Positions 30,943 through 33,367 of a stretch of 33,367 bases of DNA are shown piece by piece. The number at the start of each line of letters is the position of its first letter. The first letter of the stretch is position 1. The stretch is from Catajapyx aquilonaris (Eukaryota). The position numbers and the translations under genes are program-made. The stretch is taken from the NCBI GenBank assembly GCA_000934665.2, contig JYFJ02004284.1, positions 1 through 33,367 on the forward strand, in the 5' to 3' direction. The notes below the pieces were generated by a model. It did no database searches. It saw nothing but the letters and a program-made list of their open reading frames with translations, and had not been told where the DNA came from.

Positions 30943-33264
30943 CCCCATTACTGTACAGTCAGAGGTTTCACTGAAACTACATTATTAGATGCTGCAATAA
31001 TAAAAATAATTACCCACGTTGGATTGAGGTCGAAATGTCAAATTAATGCACATTTTAACATATGAATATTAATTTTGAAGACATCCTTAAATTTCCTCGA
31101 GCCTCACTTATTGTCACGTTGAGTATCCAACATCCACGGGCAAATTGCATGCAAGTTGTCTGGTAGCCTCCTTCGTGAATTTCCACCACAATTTTTCTAT
31201 AGCCACGATGGCCAATTTTTTTTTTGACTGACATGTTGCTCACACAAAAGATCCATGTTACGGGCGGTAGCCTCTAAGAAAGACCATACACCGTATACAT
31301 AAAACATTTTGTTTGAAATAAAACACTATCAAAACACATGAAAACTGCAGTTTTTTTCTTCTCCAAATGCATGGACAGTTTGTACAGTACACAACACTGG
31401 CATTTGTAACAGGATGCTCATAGATTATTATCATAATTACGATTGACATTGAATTGCCACAGGCCAATTTCAAGTGATGCGATCTTACCTATATATATAT
31501 TTCAACAAGTTTTTTAAATACCTCATCTGAGGAGGTTAGAAGTACCGTGCCTTTACAGTGCAACTAATCTAAATCCGTATGCACTTACCATACGTTACCC
31601 TACAATCCAACATTGAACTGAGCACGTGTGTGCCTCAACCGTGAGATTGAAAACTTATCTGTAGGAAGCGGAGATAAGTGACAGATGGGAAAAATCACCC
31701 TTGCGGCATTATGAAGTGACTTCCTGCAGGTGGGAAGGTGATCTCTTGTGCATCGCTACTCTACTAATATATTGCTTCTCTCATGTATGAATTCGCATGT
31801 GATATTTCAACCTGGTTGAATCAGAAAGGTTTTTCTGGCACACATCACAAGTGAATGGTTTCTCCTACTTATGAATAAGCATGTGCCTTTTCAAAACATA
31901 TGGTTTACAAAACGCTTTCTGGCACACCTCACAAGCGAAGGGTTTTTCGCCTGTATGAATATGCATGTGAGTTTTCAAATCATATGAACCACGAAACTTT
32001 TTCTGACACACTTCACAAGTAAATGGTTTTTCTCCTGTATGAATTCGCATGTGAGTTTTCAAACGACTTGGATTTGTAAATGTGTTCTGGCACACTTCAC
32101 AAACATATGGTTTTCCTCCTGTATGAATATACATATGAGTTTTCAAATCATATGCAACACAAAAAATTTTCTGGCACACCTGACAAGTAAATGGTTTTTC
32201 TCCTGTATGAATTCGCATATGAGTTTTCAAACAATATGAATCCCGAAACTTTTTCTGACACACATCACAAGTAAATTGTTTTTCTCCTGTATGAATTCGC
32301 ATGTGAATTTTCAACTTACATGATTTACGAAATCTTTTCTGGCACACCTCACAAATAAATGGTTTTTCTCCTGTATGAATTCGCATGTGAATTTTCAACT
32401 TACTTGAATTAAAAAACTTTTTCTGGCACACCTCACACGTGAATGGTTTTTCTCCTGTATGAATTCGCATGTGCTTTTTCAAATGACTTGAATCACTAAA
32501 TTTTTTCTGGCACACCTCACAATTAAATGGTTTTTCTCCTGTATGAATTCGCATGTGAATTTTCAACTTACTTGATTTACAAAAAAATTTCTGGCACACT
32601 TCACAAGTGAATGGTTTTTCTCCTGTATGAATTCGCATGTGAATTTTCAGCTTACTTGAATTAGGCAACTTTTTCTGGCACACCTCACAAGTGAATCGTT
32701 TTTCTGCTGTATGAATTCGCATGTGAATTTTCAACTTACATGATTTACGAAATTTTTTCTGGCACACCTCACAAGTGAATGGTTTTTCTCCTGTATGAAT
32801 TCGCATGTGACTTTTCAAATTTCCAGAACCACGAAATGTTTTCTGGCACACCTCACAGGCAAATGGTTTTTCTCCTGTGTGAATTCGCATATGAATTTTC
32901 AACCCAGACGAATGACTGAACTTTTTCCCGCAAACATGGCAGCAATTTTTCTCACTATGAGTAATGATGTGAATATTCCAATCATCCTGGGTACCAAATA
33001 TTATCTGGCATACTCTGCACTCAAATGGATTTCTTCCATCACATATTCCCCTGTTCCTTTCCTCTTGTATCCAATTCTCTGCTACGCCATGTTCATTTCT
33101 CACTTGCACAACCTGGAACGTGAATTACAGTTTATCAATTACTATTATGCAGTGTGGACAGACTCACGCTTTCCACATGTTTTGTCATTTGGAAGGTATC
33201 CCTTATTATCATTTCCTTATTTTTATTGTTATTTTACTTAACCCATTGGGAGAAACATCGCTCC
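30943..33264. repeat. Segmental duplication of 19599-21820 (3' flank, ZF exon, intron start)
   Basis: Non-coding flanks are colinear and highly similar. The F copy has ~150 extra bp at ~20197-20345. Confidence 0.88.
31865..33112 (-). CDS. ZF gene H terminal exon, 14 C2H2 fingers (5' exons off the right edge)
   Basis: Acceptor ttccag|GTT, 416 codons, close paralog of F and G. Confidence 0.9.
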   Translation of the reverse strand, partial: VVQVRNEHGVAENWIQEERNRGICDGRNPFECRVCQIIFGTQDDWNIHIITHSEKNCCHVCGKKFSHSSGLKIHMRIHTGEKPFACEVCQKTFRGSGNLKSHMRIHTGEKPFTCEVCQKKFRKSCKLKIHMRIHTAEKRFTCEVCQKKLPNSSKLKIHMRIHTGEKPFTCEVCQKFFCKSSKLKIHMRIHTGEKPFNCEVCQKKFSDSSHLKKHMRIHTGEKPFTCEVCQKKFFNSSKLKIHMRIHTGEKPFICEVCQKRFRKSCKLKIHMRIHTGEKQFTCDVCQKKFRDSYCLKTHMRIHTGEKPFTCQVCQKIFCVAYDLKTHMYIHTGGKPYVCEVCQNTFTNPSRLKTHMRIHTGEKPFTCEVCQKKFRGSYDLKTHMHIHTGEKPFACEVCQKAFCKPYVLKRHMLIHK

Positions 33265-33337
33265 CAAAGATATCCCAAATAGTCCAGGCAACGAAGGGAA
33301 AATAGAATAAATCGTGTAGCTTTGAAATTTGGCACAG

Positions 33338-33360
33338 TTGTGTGTGTGTGTGTGTGTGTG
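33338..33360. repeat. (GT)n microsatellite
   Basis: Direct reading. Confidence 0.9.
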
Positions 33361-33367
33361 GGGGGGG

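Noticed and set aside
2318..33241. Many + strand ORFs of the type MNSHV..FFLAHLTSKWFFSC
   Set aside because: Antisense shadows of the 84-bp zinc-finger repeats, broken by stops, with no independent coding signal.

Overview
Eukaryotic genomic DNA, probably arthropod (inferred from the IKKE...DPL acidic N-termini and the SINE/MITE types). It holds a head-to-tail tandem cluster of at least eight paralogous C2H2 zinc-finger genes, labelled A-H from left to right, all on the minus strand. The repeat unit is: a conserved ~160-bp promoter/5' cassette, a short non-coding exon 1, an acidic coding exon (MSLILxIKKE...EDDPL) ending in a phase-0 donor, a TE-rich intron, and one large phase-0 terminal exon with 11-17 fingers. 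B, C, D and F are complete; A and H run off the window ends. E and G keep long open ZF exons but have lost the promoter, exon 1 and start codon, so they may be alternative terminal exons of the upstream gene or recent pseudogenes. Introns contain tRNA-derived SINEs with TSDs, two TA-flanked MITEs, pogo-like MITE pieces, probable Helitron ends, and a 1.9-kb foldback element with ~820-bp inverted arms nested in a SINE. No prokaryotic features, rRNA or intact transposase were seen.
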